From NCBI GenBank assembly GCA_010093815.1, contig ML996570.1: a stretch of DNA of 64,000 nt; one strand, written 5' to 3'. Of the stretch, positions 25,101-37,700 are shown piece by piece. This stretch comes from Pseudovirgaria hyperparasitica (lineage: Eukaryota). Both the position numbers and the translations under genes were made by a program. Positions within the stretch are counted from its first letter, which is position 1. The number at the start of each line of letters is the position of its first letter. The notes below the pieces were generated by a model. That model had not been told where the DNA came from. It did not search any database and saw only the letters and a list, made by a program, of their open reading frames with translations.

Positions 25101-28100
25101 CACGACTATTGACTCACAAGCTTGGTCTGGCTCCAAGGCCCAAACTTGGGATGGCCATCATATCATGATTCGTTACTGGAGCGAACTGGCCGGAAGCATG
25201 GAACACGTACAACATGGCGATCTCGACTTCAGTGGTGGACCGCGACAATGGCCTCACATGCATGTCACAGGCCCATGGAATCTGTATGGATATGATGCAG
25301 GCCTGGAAGACTCAATGAGTCTTGCGTCCGACAGTGGGTGGGAATTTGATTTGATGGTTGAGTGGCCAAGCCAAGTCATTCTTAGTACATGGGGCATCAA
25401 TCCTGACGGCCAGCCAGATCTTTCGAAGGTCTATGGAGATGTAGATGGTGATAACATTCTTGATTGGTTGCCCCCAACAAGTCTGTCCGACAATGTCGTC
25501 AACATCTCAGGACCTAGCATGCCGTATACTGGAGTCAGGATCATCGCGCGTGACTCTGACTTGAGATATATTCTCGAGCCTGTTGGCTCGGCCTGGAAAC
25601 AACTGGCGATCTGGCTGCTTCTCGGTATCATTCCTGTATTAACTGCGGTCACCACAGCCTATCTCTTCGTAAGATGTTTCTACCACGTCAAATTCAACGA
25701 GCTTGGCATCATGAAGAAATCGTCGTCACCTACTTTGGGTCCACTTCCTACACTGGCTGAAAGCTTCTTTGCAGCCCCTGGAAGAAGTACAATGGAATTA
25801 TTCGGCAGCGCAAAGCAGGCACACCCAATGAACCCACAACGTCGCGACGGCTTTGCAACGACTGAGGGAGATAGCAGAAAAACTGTTTTAATCGCTACTA
25901 TGGAATACGAGATTGAGGACTGGGCCGTGAAAATCAAGATTGGAGGTCTCGGTGTCATGGCATCTCTCATGGGCAAAAACTTACAACACCAGAATCTGAT
26001 CTGGGTTGTGCCATGTGTGGGAGGTATTGAATATCCAACAGACCAAACAGCAGAGCCAATGACGATCAAGATCATGGACCAGGATTACACGATCAATGTC
26101 CAGTACCACGCTCTGCGAAATATTACGTATGTTCTACTCGACTCCCCAATTTTTAGAGGGCAGACGAAGGCGGATCCGTATCCAGCCCGTATGGATGACA
26201 TGGAGAGTGCAGTCTACTACTCTGCTTGGAACCAGTGCATAGCAGAGGCTGTCCGTCGCTTCCCAGAAATCGACCTTTATCATATCAACGATTATCACGG
26301 CTCTATTGCACCTCTCTACCTGCTTCCGGACACGATCCCCGTTGCGCTGTCGCTTCACAATGCCGAATTTCAAGGTCTGTGGTCCGTGAAGACACCACAA
26401 GCTTTGAAGGAGATTTGCCGAGTGTTCAACCTCAGCAAAGATGTTGTAAGCAGATATGTTCAATTTGGAGAGGTTTTCAATCTTCTACATGCTGGTGCTA
26501 GCTATCTCAGACTACACCAAAAGGGATATGGTGCCGTTGGTGTTTCTACCAAATACGGAAAGCGCTCTTTCGCCAGGTATCCGATCTTTTGGGGCCTTCC
26601 CAAGATTGGTGCACTTCCCAATCCAGATCCAACGGATACTGCTGCGTGGAACAAGACCCTACCTCATGCGGACTCTATTGCCATCGACCAAGAGACTGAG
26701 CAGCAAAGAGGAGCACTCCGTACGCAAGCTCAAGAATGGGCCGGTCTCAAAGTCGATCCCCATGCTGAGCTCTTCGTCTTTGTTGGACGATGGTCGCTAC
26801 AGAAAGGGGTGGATCTCATCAGCGATGTTATGCCCTCTGTCCTTGAGAAGAATCCTAATGTGCAGCTCATTTGTATAGGACCTGTCATCGATCTCAATGG
26901 CAAGTTTGCTGCATTGAAACTTCAAAAGCTCATGGAAATGTATCCCGACCGAGTTTGCTCTAAGCCTGAGTTCACCATGCTCCCGCCTTATATTTTCAGT
27001 GGCGCTGAATTCGCTTTGATCCCTTCTCGCGATGAGCCTTTTGGTTTGGTCGCTGTCGAATTCGGGCGTAAGGGTGCTCTTGGAGTTGGTTCTCGTGTCG
27101 GTGGCTTAGGACAAATGCCTGGGTTCTGGTTTACAATCGAGTCTAATCAAAGCAAGCACTTGATTCGTCAATTCAAGGCCGCCATCAAAGCTGCGTTAGA
27201 ATGTACAACTGAGAACAGAGCAATGATGAGAGCCCGATCTGCTGTGCAACGGTTTCCGGTTGCTCAATGGGTCGAGGGCCTGGAAGAATTACAAGGCGAA
27301 GCAATCAGAATGCACGGTAAAGTGCTATCTCGAGCTCCTTCGTTCATTAGCTTGAAAAGTCCAATCGCCTCTCCCTCGCAGTCCAAAAACAATTCTCCTC
27401 TGCACACTCCAACTATTAGTCGTCGACCTAGTCTTGCTAGCGTATTCGGCGGCCGTATGGGCAGTCGTGTTGGCAGCAGGGCAGCGAGTCCGATCAGAGA
27501 AGAATCGAACGAACCCAATACACAAGAGGAATTACAGAAGGCGCTTTCAAAGACAAAGGAAGGAAGACGAACGGGAAAGAAAGCCAGAATCGCACCAGCT
27601 TCAACATCAGCGGGATCCAATGGCAATTCTATCAATCAACAGGGATTCACAAGTCTGTTAGAGCCAATTGAAAGCAAGAATCTGTATGATCAACAGCAGG
27701 CCACCAACGATTCTTCCGGCTCGTCGTCCTCGTCTTCCAAAAGTACTCGAAGCCAGACCGACCGTCCTTCCCGTGAATCTGACCCCGTGTCACAAGAAGA
27801 AGACGCTACTCGGTCGAATTCTTGGGACTTTGCTACAGGCAGTCCAGGAAGAATGAACACGGCACCGACGACTGCCGCAAATACTCCCGGGCCAAGTAGA
27901 ACCCCATCTTTTAGCTTTCCCCAGAATGGTGCACAAAATAGTTACGACTCACTGCCACCGTCGCGGGTGCCTTCTGTTCTGAGTTTGTCGACCGTGGTTG
28001 GTGATGAAAAGAATTACTCTCTTCAGAAAGTAGATCCTTTCTTCACTGACGCACAAGGATACTATTACAAGAGGTACACCAAGATGCTGGAGAACCTCAG

Positions 28101-29671
28101 TGGCAAGACGTCTGAAGGAGAACTGTGCGTGGAAGACTACCTGACAAAGGCTGAGAAAGATTGGTTCAATCGTATGCATAAGGCAAAGCTTGGTGTCAAG
28201 CAATCGGACACTTCTCCTAGGAGCTCTACAAACGAGACTATGATCGGCGAGGCTTCTATCATCGAAGGTCAGGTGGATGAATTTAACCTGGGCGCTGACT
28301 ACGCGCCTCCAACTGGTGTCCGCAAGCTCATGAACTACAAGATCCGAGACTGGCCGCTGTATGCCTTCATAATAGCTTTGGTAAGTGTTTCAGGTCAGAA
28401 AGTAGAGCCGCACTGACAAGTGACAGGGACAAATTCTTGCTGCAAATTCCTACCAGATCACTCTCATCGCTGGTGAGATTGGTCAGACGGCAGAGAAACT
28501 TTACATCATCGCATCCATTTATCTTGCCAGCTCAATTCTTTGGTGGATCATTTTCCGCAGATGCAAGTCAATTTGGGTCATCTCCACCCCTTTCATGTTC
28601 TACGGTGCAGCCTTCTTTATTCTTGGCATGTCTCCTTACGGGAGCACATATAGCAGCCGAGCCTGGATCCAGAACGTAGCCACTGGACTATACGCAATCG
28701 CTTCTGGCAGCGGATCCTTGTTCTTTGCCCTCAACTTCGGAAGTGAGGGCGGTTCGGCAGTTCATACCTGGGCGTTTCGCGCCTGTGTTATTCAAGGCAC
28801 TCAACAGATCTACGTCACTGTGCTTTGGTTCTGGGGTAATTACCTCTCGGAGAAGTCTGCTGCAGGGTTTACTGGAACTATGATCACTTCTACTCCTTAC
28901 GTCACAGCAGTCACGACACCTGTCGCAGTAATTCTTTTCGCCTGTGGCATACTTCTATTCCTGGGCCTTCCTGACTACTACCGCAACACCCCGGGCAAAG
29001 TTCCTTCCTTCTATACCTCTCTCTGGCGTCGCAAGATCATCATGTGGTTCTTCGTCGTGGTTCTAATTCAGAACTTCTTCCTCTCCGCACCTTACGGTCG
29101 CAACTGGCGCTACCTCTGGAGCTCCAGCGTTGCGCCAGCCTGGGCCATTGTTATCCTTGTTTTCGTCTTTTTCATCCTCATTTGGGCTGGCGTTTTTACT
29201 CTGTTTGCAAAACTCTCACACGAGCACTCTTGGATCATCCCTTTGTTTGCAATTGGTCTGGGGGCTCCAAGGTGGGCACAGATGCTCTGGGGCACCTCCG
29301 GCATGGGCTCCTGGGTTCCATGGGCTGGCTCGCCGGTTGCTGGTGCGCTACTAGGTCGTGGCTTATGGTTATGGCTCGGTGTGCTGGATCAGCTTCAGGG
29401 TGTCGGATTTGGCATGATTCTCCTGCAAACAATGACGCGGTTCCACGTTGCATTTACTCTGATCGCCGCGCAGGTGCTTGGTAGCGTTGCGACTATCGTT
29501 GCACGCGCATGTGCGCCCGATAAGCTTGGTCCAGGACCTGTGTTCCCGAATCTGGTGCTAAACCTGAATGGCCTGGGCAATGCATGGTTCTGGATTACGA
29601 TCATCTTCCAGATTTTCATTTGTATAGGCTTCGCTGTGTTTTTCAGGAAGGAGCAGCTATTCAAACCTTAG
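22184..29671 (+). CDS. AGS1: Cell wall alpha-1,3-glucan synthase (GH13 + GT5 + multi-pass membrane domain)
   Basis: Signal peptide; GH13 region (NWRMPFYVLTLDRY, DGFRIDKA); glycogen-synthase-like KIGGLGVM, FVGRWS, PSRDEPFGLVAVE; C-terminal FFRKEQLFKP. Exons 22184-22546, 22598-23008, 23149-28380, 28427-29671. Confidence 0.97.
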
Positions 29672-30049
29672 GTGGTATAGGTTTTGTAGAATAGTCATGT
29701 AAGATTGTGAAGGATACATATGTCATGATAGTAATGATCACAGTAAACACACGGAGCTTTAGGATATCAACGAGACATGGTTTTGTATAGATCAACTGTT
29801 TTCGAGAATTTGTTTTGTTTAGACTAGATACCACATCCGCACCATCGTTAGCGCTACATACCGAATGTTATTATGCAAAGCTGTCAAACTAGACTGTGCA
29901 ATATGTAGGCAATACCACGAACGCTAACATAATCTCGTCTATCTTCTATACACCGATCGATACGCCATGATCTCAAACCAGTACGAACGAGATATGTACA
30001 CAACCTTAGCTTATGAATACAGGGTCCGGGACGGCGATATTACCACTAG

Positions 30050-30330
30050 TACATTCCTCAAAGCAACTTATAAGAGTACTACTCTATCATCACACTTATA
30101 CCTTCTTATATCCTTTAGAATTATAGGTCTTAAGATTCTTTTAACATATAACTTTAGTATATTAAGCTGCTAGTGACTTACTACTATAGACCAATCTATT
30201 ATGATTTAAATTTAATGTAAGTATGCATTGCTATAACTGTAATTCATGAAATGGAGATAATTTGTACACAGCATTTAAGTTTCTATAAGAAATAAGCTAA
30301 TATATAATTAGTGTCTTGGCGCTTTCTGTT
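30050..30330. repeat. AT/TpA-rich patch, probable RIP-degraded relic
   Basis: Low-GC, TA-dense intergenic stretch between AGS1 and the hydrolase gene. Confidence 0.35.
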
Positions 30331-30498
30331 ATACTTATCGGGGGTAACTCCTTCCAGACACGGGACTCTTAGATCATGCGTCGGTCCTAGCTCCCGAGCT
30401 GAATGAACGCTGCTCTCTCTGAACCAGAACTTCACTAAACCACCATCCGCCCCCGCTGCTGGAATTCAATAACGCGCCATGCAAGAAGCCAGCTCAGG

Positions 30499-31852
30499 AT
30501 GAAGAAAACCTTGCTGTTATGCTTCATACATGGCTTTAAGGTGAGTACATGCAGCTGAGTCACCGGGATATCATATCTTTAACAAAGCTTTAGGGGGGTG
30601 ACGACACTTTCGCTGGCTTTCCCGAGCACCTGAAAGGCATCCTCAGCCACGCTCTTCCTAAAGTTACCGTTAAGACTATCACATATCCCAAGTTTGAGAC
30701 TGTAGGAGATCTGAAGGAATGTGTCGGGAGGTTCAAAGAATGGTATATCACGCTTCATGACCAGTAATAAAGCGAAAGCTCACTCTGTGTAGGCTTCAGA
30801 ACAAGGTCATAGACCTGGAGGTCGCAAATAGCACTCCTTCTCCCACTGTAGATCCCTCCGTCCACACTATCCTCATCGGACACTCCATGGGCGGCATCGT
30901 TGCCGCCGAAACCCTCTTATCGATCGCCTCAGAACAACCCATATCCGAGTCTGCCTCAACTTTAAGTAACACTTCGCTCATGTTCCCCTATATTCAAGCC
31001 GTCCTCGCATTCGATACGCCTTACCTAGGCATCGCACCAGGAGTCGTTGCTCATGGTGCAGAAGGCCATTGGAAAAAGGGTCAAGCAGCGTATAACGCTT
31101 ACACCAACGTCGCAAGCGCATTCGGTTGGGGCGGGGCGAAGACTCCCACGACGAATAGCGCCATCGATGCTAGCAGGATGCTTCCCAGTAGCACGTCCAT
31201 CAACGACGTTAATGGCGATGCTGCTGCCGCGCCGCTTTGGCAGCGATGGGGCAAAGTCGCCATGTTCGCTGGAGCTGCAGGCGCAGTTGCTGCAGGCGGT
31301 GCCGCGGCCTACATGAACCGCGATCAGATCTCAGCAGGCTGGACGTGGGTAGGCTCACACCTTGAATTTGTAGGATGCCTCGCGCGCGGCGAAGAGCTGA
31401 AGAAACGGCTCGCGAGTTTATGCAGGGTGTCTCAAGCACATGAGCTTGGGTTTGCAAATTTGTACACGACACTGGGTAAAGCGGTGGAGGACAAGTCATC
31501 ATCCTCGTGGGCCGCTGGAGTCGTTGGATCAGATCGAACTTTCTGCGTGATACCTGGCGACAAGTCAGAGAACAGGGGTTTCTTCATCCCAGCCAAGAAC
31601 GACAAAGCGACCGCTGAGACTTGGGCACATATGGGGATGTTCGATGTCAAGGAGAATCCGGATTACTACGACATGGGCGCCCGGGCTAGGGATCTGATCG
31701 TTGGCTGGTGTCTGAACTCATGGTACGAAGAAGCAACACCACCCGACCAGAAGTTGCTCGAGGATACCAGTGAGGACGATGTCGAGATGGTCGACAAAGG
31801 CGACACCGAGCTCGGTGAAGATTTCGAAAATGTTCAACCCACCGAGGCCTGA
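30499..31852 (+). CDS. Alpha/beta-hydrolase fold protein (DUF676/PGAP1-like putative serine esterase)
   Basis: [20 protein letters not shown], nucleophile elbow [15 protein letters not shown]. Introns 30541-30593 and ~30743-30792. Confidence 0.88.
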
Positions 31853-32041
31853 TGCGTGTTCATGGCTTTATGCACGTTACGAAACCGATGACTTTGGGTA
31901 GATGATTTTGTAAACTTGTAAGCGGAGCTTCATCTGCAATCGATATGCTACTTTTTCTGACTGTAAGACATCACGATCGTTCATTGATGTCAGTTCGATA
32001 CTATCTGGGTTTCATCTTTCTCCGACACGCTCATAATGTGA

Positions 32042-33874
32042 CTATTCATCTTCCTCCGGCAATCCCGCTGATAGAGCCATGTGGTCAGCAGCTCTATATC
32101 CAAAGGTAAGAGCCGGTCCTAGCGTACCACCAGCCCCTGGATATGTGCTACCCATAATAGAAGCAGACGTGTTGCCAGCCGCATACAAACCTTCGATTAT
32201 AGACCCGTCCTTCTTGATCACCTGCGCATGCTCGTTCGTCACAAGTCCCCCTTTTGTACCCAGATCCCCGGGATAGATCCTCACTGCGTAAAACGGACCC
32301 TGCTCGATGGTGCCCAGATTGGGATTCAAGCCTACTCCTGGATCACCAAACATACGGTCATATGCATTCCCACCGCGCCCAAAGTCCTCGTCTACGCCTG
32401 TATGGGCAAAAGAGTTGAACCGTGACACGGTGCTCTGCAGTCCTATTGCATCGATACCCATCTTTCCCGCTAGTTCTGCGAGGTTGTCCGCCTCAACCAA
32501 GTATCCCGAGTCGGTGTAATTCTTTGGCACCTTCGTCCGCGCCATCAGTAAACCCAGCGCATACTTTCGCCGATACTGTGCATCGACAACCATCCACGCC
32601 GGCGCTGCAGGCACACTTTTGTGTCGCGCGTACATGGCATGGACAGCATCGACATAGCTCTGCGATTCATTCATGAAGCGTGAACCGGAGGCGTCGACGA
32701 TGATGCTATGTGGCCGTGAGCGGTCGTAGATGAGTACGAGGGGCTTGTGGTTCAGAGTAGGCTCGAGGACGGCAGGCGTCCACCATGCCGAGCTCATGAG
32801 AGCGGTGGATGCGCCGAGGGACATGCCGGCTAGGATCGCATCGCCTGTGTCGGAAGCCGGCGTGGATGTCCAGGTGGTTTTTGTTGGGGAGGGATGATGT
32901 TGCGAACGCAAGGCTGCGTTATGGGCGAAGCCACCTGCGGCGAGAAGAGTGCCGCGAGGGGCGTGGATGTCAATTTCAGAGTTGTGATGCTTGATAGTGG
33001 CGCCAGTCACAGCACCTGAGGTACTCGTCCGCAGATTGACTAAGGGTGATTCCCTCCAGATTGGGATGTCATGTTGTATGTTAAGATGGAGGAGTTGGGC
33101 TATAAGCGACCGACCCATGTTTGAGGGCTCACGGCCAAGAAGTTTCCATTTCAAAGTCTTCAATATAACTCGGAGAAGGACCTTTCGGTTCTCACTGGAT
33201 GTCATGAAGGCCAGAAGCGGTCCAGTCTCTTGGGCATACATCGCCATGGCAGGAGGGTACTCGTCACGAAGAAGATGTTGTAACCAACTCCCAAGCTTCT
33301 TCAGGTCGAACGTGTCACCCTCAATGGTGCGCCCACCTGATAAGGAGCCAGGGACATCTGGATAGTATTCTTCATAACCTAGAGAAGCGTGCCATTTGAA
33401 TCCTAAATCCTCAAGAAATTTGATGGCTTTAGGCGCAGTTTCGACATACGCCTTCCGACGTGTGGGCGATGTAAAAGGGCCGCGGTCTTGGATGATGTTG
33501 TCTAAGTATCTGAGAGCTTCGTCCGTGTTGTCTTGTATACCAGCTGCTCTATGGAGGTGATTGTTAGGGATCCACAGACAGCCACCGGAATAGGCAGATG
33601 CGCCTCCAATTTTGGAGGCCTTTTCTATCACCAAAGGCTTGAGACCGAGATATTTAGCTCGCAGCGCAGCAGTCAACCCTGTAACCCCACTACCAACTAT
33701 CAACACATCCGCTTGAGTATGAGTTGTCTCCAGGGCTTTTGTGCTACTGTAGCATCTGATTTGCGTGCCGCTCAACCGAGCCAGGGGTCGTAAACCACAC
33801 CTGTCAAACACAGCCCAATGGTAGGATTGATCTAGGTGTCGAAATAGACCACCGACGTTTCTAGGTCGAGCCAT
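32042..33874 (-). CDS. FAD-dependent oxidoreductase, 3-ketosteroid delta1-dehydrogenase (KstD)-like
   Basis: Intronless, 610 aa. IVGSGVTG...IEK..IGGASAYSGGCLWIPNN, LLAAGGF, RFMNESQSY, GDLGTKGGL, GLYAAGN, TYPGAGGTLG. Confidence 0.88.
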   Translation of the reverse strand: MARPRNVGGLFRHLDQSYHWAVFDRCGLRPLARLSGTQIRCYSSTKALETTHTQADVLIVGSGVTGLTAALRAKYLGLKPLVIEKASKIGGASAYSGGCLWIPNNHLHRAAGIQDNTDEALRYLDNIIQDRGPFTSPTRRKAYVETAPKAIKFLEDLGFKWHASLGYEEYYPDVPGSLSGGRTIEGDTFDLKKLGSWLQHLLRDEYPPAMAMYAQETGPLLAFMTSSENRKVLLRVILKTLKWKLLGREPSNMGRSLIAQLLHLNIQHDIPIWRESPLVNLRTSTSGAVTGATIKHHNSEIDIHAPRGTLLAAGGFAHNAALRSQHHPSPTKTTWTSTPASDTGDAILAGMSLGASTALMSSAWWTPAVLEPTLNHKPLVLIYDRSRPHSIIVDASGSRFMNESQSYVDAVHAMYARHKSVPAAPAWMVVDAQYRRKYALGLLMARTKVPKNYTDSGYLVEADNLAELAGKMGIDAIGLQSTVSRFNSFAHTGVDEDFGRGGNAYDRMFGDPGVGLNPNLGTIEQGPFYAVRIYPGDLGTKGGLVTNEHAQVIKKDGSIIEGLYAAGNTSASIMGSTYPGAGGTLGPALTFGYRAADHMALSAGLPEEDE

Positions 33875-34519
33875 GAAGCAATGTTTGAGGTCTACTTCGG
33901 ACAGTGTGGGAGCATGAAGGTGGTATTCAAGGAAGGCCCCTTGCTCCTACATATGAAAGTGGACTTCCCCCATAGCCTTGTCGGCCTATTCAATCTGATC
34001 ATGCGGGGTAGAATTCAAAAGCGGCGTAGAACAGTCTAGGAAGTGAAAGAAGTAAGGGAGTATGATATGAGTCATTATAACTCTGTCCGAACACTTTAGG
34101 CGACCGCCCAGGGATTGGAAATAACGAGAAGGAACTTATGACTTGAGGAACATTCCATATTCTTATGGAGATAATAGAGAATTATAGTGGACAATGATGG
34201 CTTCTGGAGGGCTTTAGTATTTGTGTTTAGCAGACCGTCTGTTATCCATTTCGGGTTGGCGTCAATCCAAAGTAGCTAACAGCGACTTTGCTTATTCGCT
34301 GTATCTGTTATATTAGTCTTTGGTGCGAGAGCGTTGGAGAGTAGACGATGGTGAGTGAAGGTTGTTATAATTATTATGGCGGTTTCACTTTGCAGTGGTT
34401 CACCTTGCGCTGGCTGGCCCTCTATCTATGCATCCATGCCCAGCGCTACGCCGGACATAGTAATCAATCGCGAGAGATGGATATCCGCGCCTGACGACTC
34501 TGATTTACCTCACGCAACA

Positions 34520-35381
34520 ATGTCTTTTCCGCCAGTCCGTGCTGTGATCTTCGACGTTGATGGTCTCCTCATAAATTCTGAGGACATATATACTGAAGTA
34601 TATCTAAGTGTGCTACGTAATTACGGCGTCACATCGTTTCCATGGAAGATCAAAAGCCTGCAGATGAGTCGCGGGCGACCCGTAAGACCACACATTCCAC
34701 TCAACTCTCCGCTAACCCTCTCGAACCTACGAATAGGGCACTGAGCGGATCTTGAAATATGCGAACCTGGATATGACCGTAGAGGAATGGAATGCTCTCG
34801 TCAAGCCTCACACTTCTCTCTTCACCAAGTGCCAGCCCCTACCCGGCGTGCCCGAGCTTCTGCACAACCTCACAACGCGCGTACAGCCACCGTTACAAGT
34901 CGCAATCGCGAGTTCGTCGAACTCAGAGCTGTTCAAGTTGAAGACGGGACATCTGCCGGAGGTCTCGGAGCCCATACCGCCTGAGCGTCGAGTATTTGGG
35001 AGTGATCCGGAAATGGAGGGTAAGAGCAAGAAACCTGCGCCAGACTTGTTTCTAATTGCGTTGGGGCGTCTAAATAAATTGAGCAATGCGGCACCTATTG
35101 CTCCAGAAGAGTGTCTTGTATTTGAAGACTCCATTGCAGGTGTGGAAGCTGCGCGGAAGGCGGGAATGAGAGTGGTGTTTGTACCACATCCGGGCTTGCA
35201 AGATGTTGCGCGCGGGCATGAGGAGGATATCATGAATGGCACACTACATACAGGTCTCACACTAGAGCCTGTTGAGGATGCACCAGCTATCGAGACTGGG
35301 ATGTCAAGAGATGGATGGGCGGAGATGATACCAAGCATGAAAGCATTCTCGTTTGAACGCTATGGCATCCGTCTCATGTAA
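34520..35381 (+). CDS. HAD-superfamily hydrolase (HDHD1/pseudouridine-5'-phosphatase-like)
   Basis: AVIFDVDGLLINSEDIY, IASSS, KPAPDLF, CLVFEDSIAGVEAARKAGM. Intron 34682-34736. Confidence 0.9.
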
Positions 35382-35456
35382 TGACCAAAGTAAATGAACA
35401 TAGAAGAATCAACTTCGGATGGATATTTCCATTTGCTGAGCTTTCAAGATTAGATC

Positions 35457-36038
35457 TTACTGAGCATCTGGCTTCCCTCTGAACTCCTCTCTTAAGGTCT
35501 CCCCGCCAACCTCCAGCTCCTCCGCAGGCGTCAACACAAACAACATACGACACCACTCTGTCGAACTAGGGTTGCGCCACGCATGCATGGTCCCGCGCTG
35601 AATGACTGTGTCGCCCCGCTTACACCTCCTCGTCTCCCCACTGTCCAATATCAATTCGATCTCGCCCTCGAGCACGACCATATAATCCAGTGTCGTTGTG
35701 CGATGCAGCGGGCTCAGACCTAGCGGCGGGGTCTCACTGTGCTGCATGACTGTACCACCAGGCGTGCGGTATGCTGGGGGCAGCTTGGCTTTGTTATCGG
35801 CATCGGATTTGTAGGAAATTAGGTCTGTGTTGGCGGCGAAGGAGTGTGGCACGCGCGTAGTGGAGTAGTCGAGGTGGAAAGTTGAGCCTCCCGGGAAGGT
35901 AGACTTTGGAGTGTGAATGTCGAATGTGGTATCGACGATGGCTTTGCCATTGGAGTCATGGGTAGTGATGTAGCGGGTATATGGAGGGAGGTTTGAAATG
36001 GGATCAGTAGACATGTTGCGCTGGGGCGATGGGTTCAT
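35457..36038 (-). CDS. Cupin-2 barrel protein
   Basis: RYITTHDSNGKA, SPLHRTTTLDYMVVLEGEIELILDSGE, GDTVIQRGTMHAWRNPS. Confidence 0.9.
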   Translation of the reverse strand: MNPSPQRNMSTDPISNLPPYTRYITTHDSNGKAIVDTTFDIHTPKSTFPGGSTFHLDYSTTRVPHSFAANTDLISYKSDADNKAKLPPAYRTPGGTVMQHSETPPLGLSPLHRTTTLDYMVVLEGEIELILDSGETRRCKRGDTVIQRGTMHAWRNPSSTEWCRMLFVLTPAEELEVGGETLREEFRGKPDAQ

Positions 36039-37548
36039 AATTGATTACAATTTCGGATTGGGTTTCTGCCTAGTATTAGGATTTGCAGTATGAAGGATCG
36101 AATGTTGCGCTTGTTAAGTAGTCAGTTAGTTAGTATGGTCAGCTTCTTGAATTTGCAAGGCTGATCTGGCCTGAACAGCTGTAGCTAAGTATAAAAGGCG
36201 GAGTAATCTACCGTACGCCGGTTCATAGGTTTAAGTCGCATTCTCACTGCAGGACCTAGTATTTAGCTATGTTGGTATTTATGAACGGTTCCTTTGGACT
36301 ATCCTTGTCCATCGGAACGCGAGCCGCCGCCGACATGCCGACATGCCGACATCTGTATCAGGAAATGGCGACGGCATCAGCATTCATTCTTCATACTTAA
36401 GCCTGGACCTCAGCGCGAGCGTTAGAGGAGTGTTTGCCTCAGATGAGAGGCCATGTTCAGAAGATCGAAACGGATCTAACATTATTACTACAACAGCTAA
36501 GAACCACATATCCGGTAGAACAACAGCCAACATTCTCATCTCCCAAATATTGTGTCTCGCACATGTTAAGATAATATGTATTTGCTTTATGCGAGAGATA
36601 TTAGAGATGAGAGCATCATCGGCGTACTCATGCCCCAATGCTTCCGATCCTCTGCTCCTGCAAGCTCGCGATCGATGTTAATGCTGCGAGGCTGCGACGA
36701 AGCTCTAACAGGCTTCGGTACATCAGCTGTACTAGAAGCAGGTTCAAAAGGATTAGTATCAGCGATAATACCAGCTCTTCCAGCCATTTGATCAGGCACT
36801 CATCTTCTGAGGCCTGTCTGCTGAAGCCGAACTCTGCCAATGGACAATACAGACATTCCCCTGCCTAGCTGCTACACCAGAACAGATATGATACGCTATA
36901 ATTGCGACTTCGAGTGGCTATACGCTGTGGCCTTTGGTCCCCTTTTCGTCGAGTAGTCTGTGTTGGGATATTGTTGGAGCGTGAGGTTTCGCCTCTAATT
37001 GCGGAATCTGGACCATCTGGACCACCAAATGCTCTTGAGATGGGACCATGAACAGCTACAAGCTGCTAAGTAACCCAAAAGAAAGAATACAGCAACTGCA
37101 GAACAGTACACTTAAGATCTGAATCAACAGGCAGATATCGCATGAGGTAGAAAATTAGGCACCCAGAACCGGAGGAGAAAGAAGACTGTTACAGAAAATG
37201 ATCTTCGATGAGTGTGTTGCAGATGTCTGAAGAGCGAGTCAGATTGTCACTCTATGTTCTAGTTCTGCTAGACCATATAGACGTGAAAGGGCACAGAAAC
37301 TCGTATTGTCATCAGGAACACATATTCTTGCATGTCTATATTACAAAGATAATTGGCTAATTTACAAGTGACAGAGCCAAGTCATTGACTGGCACCTGCT
37401 TCTGGACATGAAGAATCATGATTTAGTACGAAGCAACTACATAAAGTTCGAGATGCTCAAACAAACGTAAAGCACTTATACTATGATCCATACCAGCCCA
37501 GAACAGCAAAAAGACAATCTTCCAAAATGGGTCGTTAAAATCCAAAAC

Positions 37549-37700
37549 AAAAGCTCATGCTCCGGGATCGAACCGGAGATCATGCGCCTCTGCGCCCCGA
37601 CAGATACTTAGGTCCTTCATCTGGTCCTTTGCTTCAGTGGTAAGTCGTGAAACTAATCGACTATTTCTTCCACTGGGGTCTGAAATTTTATGAGTTTACG
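37549..37700 (-). ncRNA. Candidate Pol III-type structured ncRNA or tRNA-derived element (B-box hairpin plus T-run; no cloverleaf)
   Basis: Minus strand GCGCATGATCTCCGGTTCGATCCCGGAGCATGAGC followed by TTTTGTTTT. A-box-like TAGTCGATTAG at 37663-37653. Further hairpins upstream. Confidence 0.45.

Noticed and set aside
36384..37110. Possible RIP-inactivated pseudogene on the minus strand (hydrophobic segment, then frame of ORF 36587..36799)
   Set aside because: Four stops in ~170 codons and no recognisable domain; not distinguishable from non-coding sequence without a homology search.
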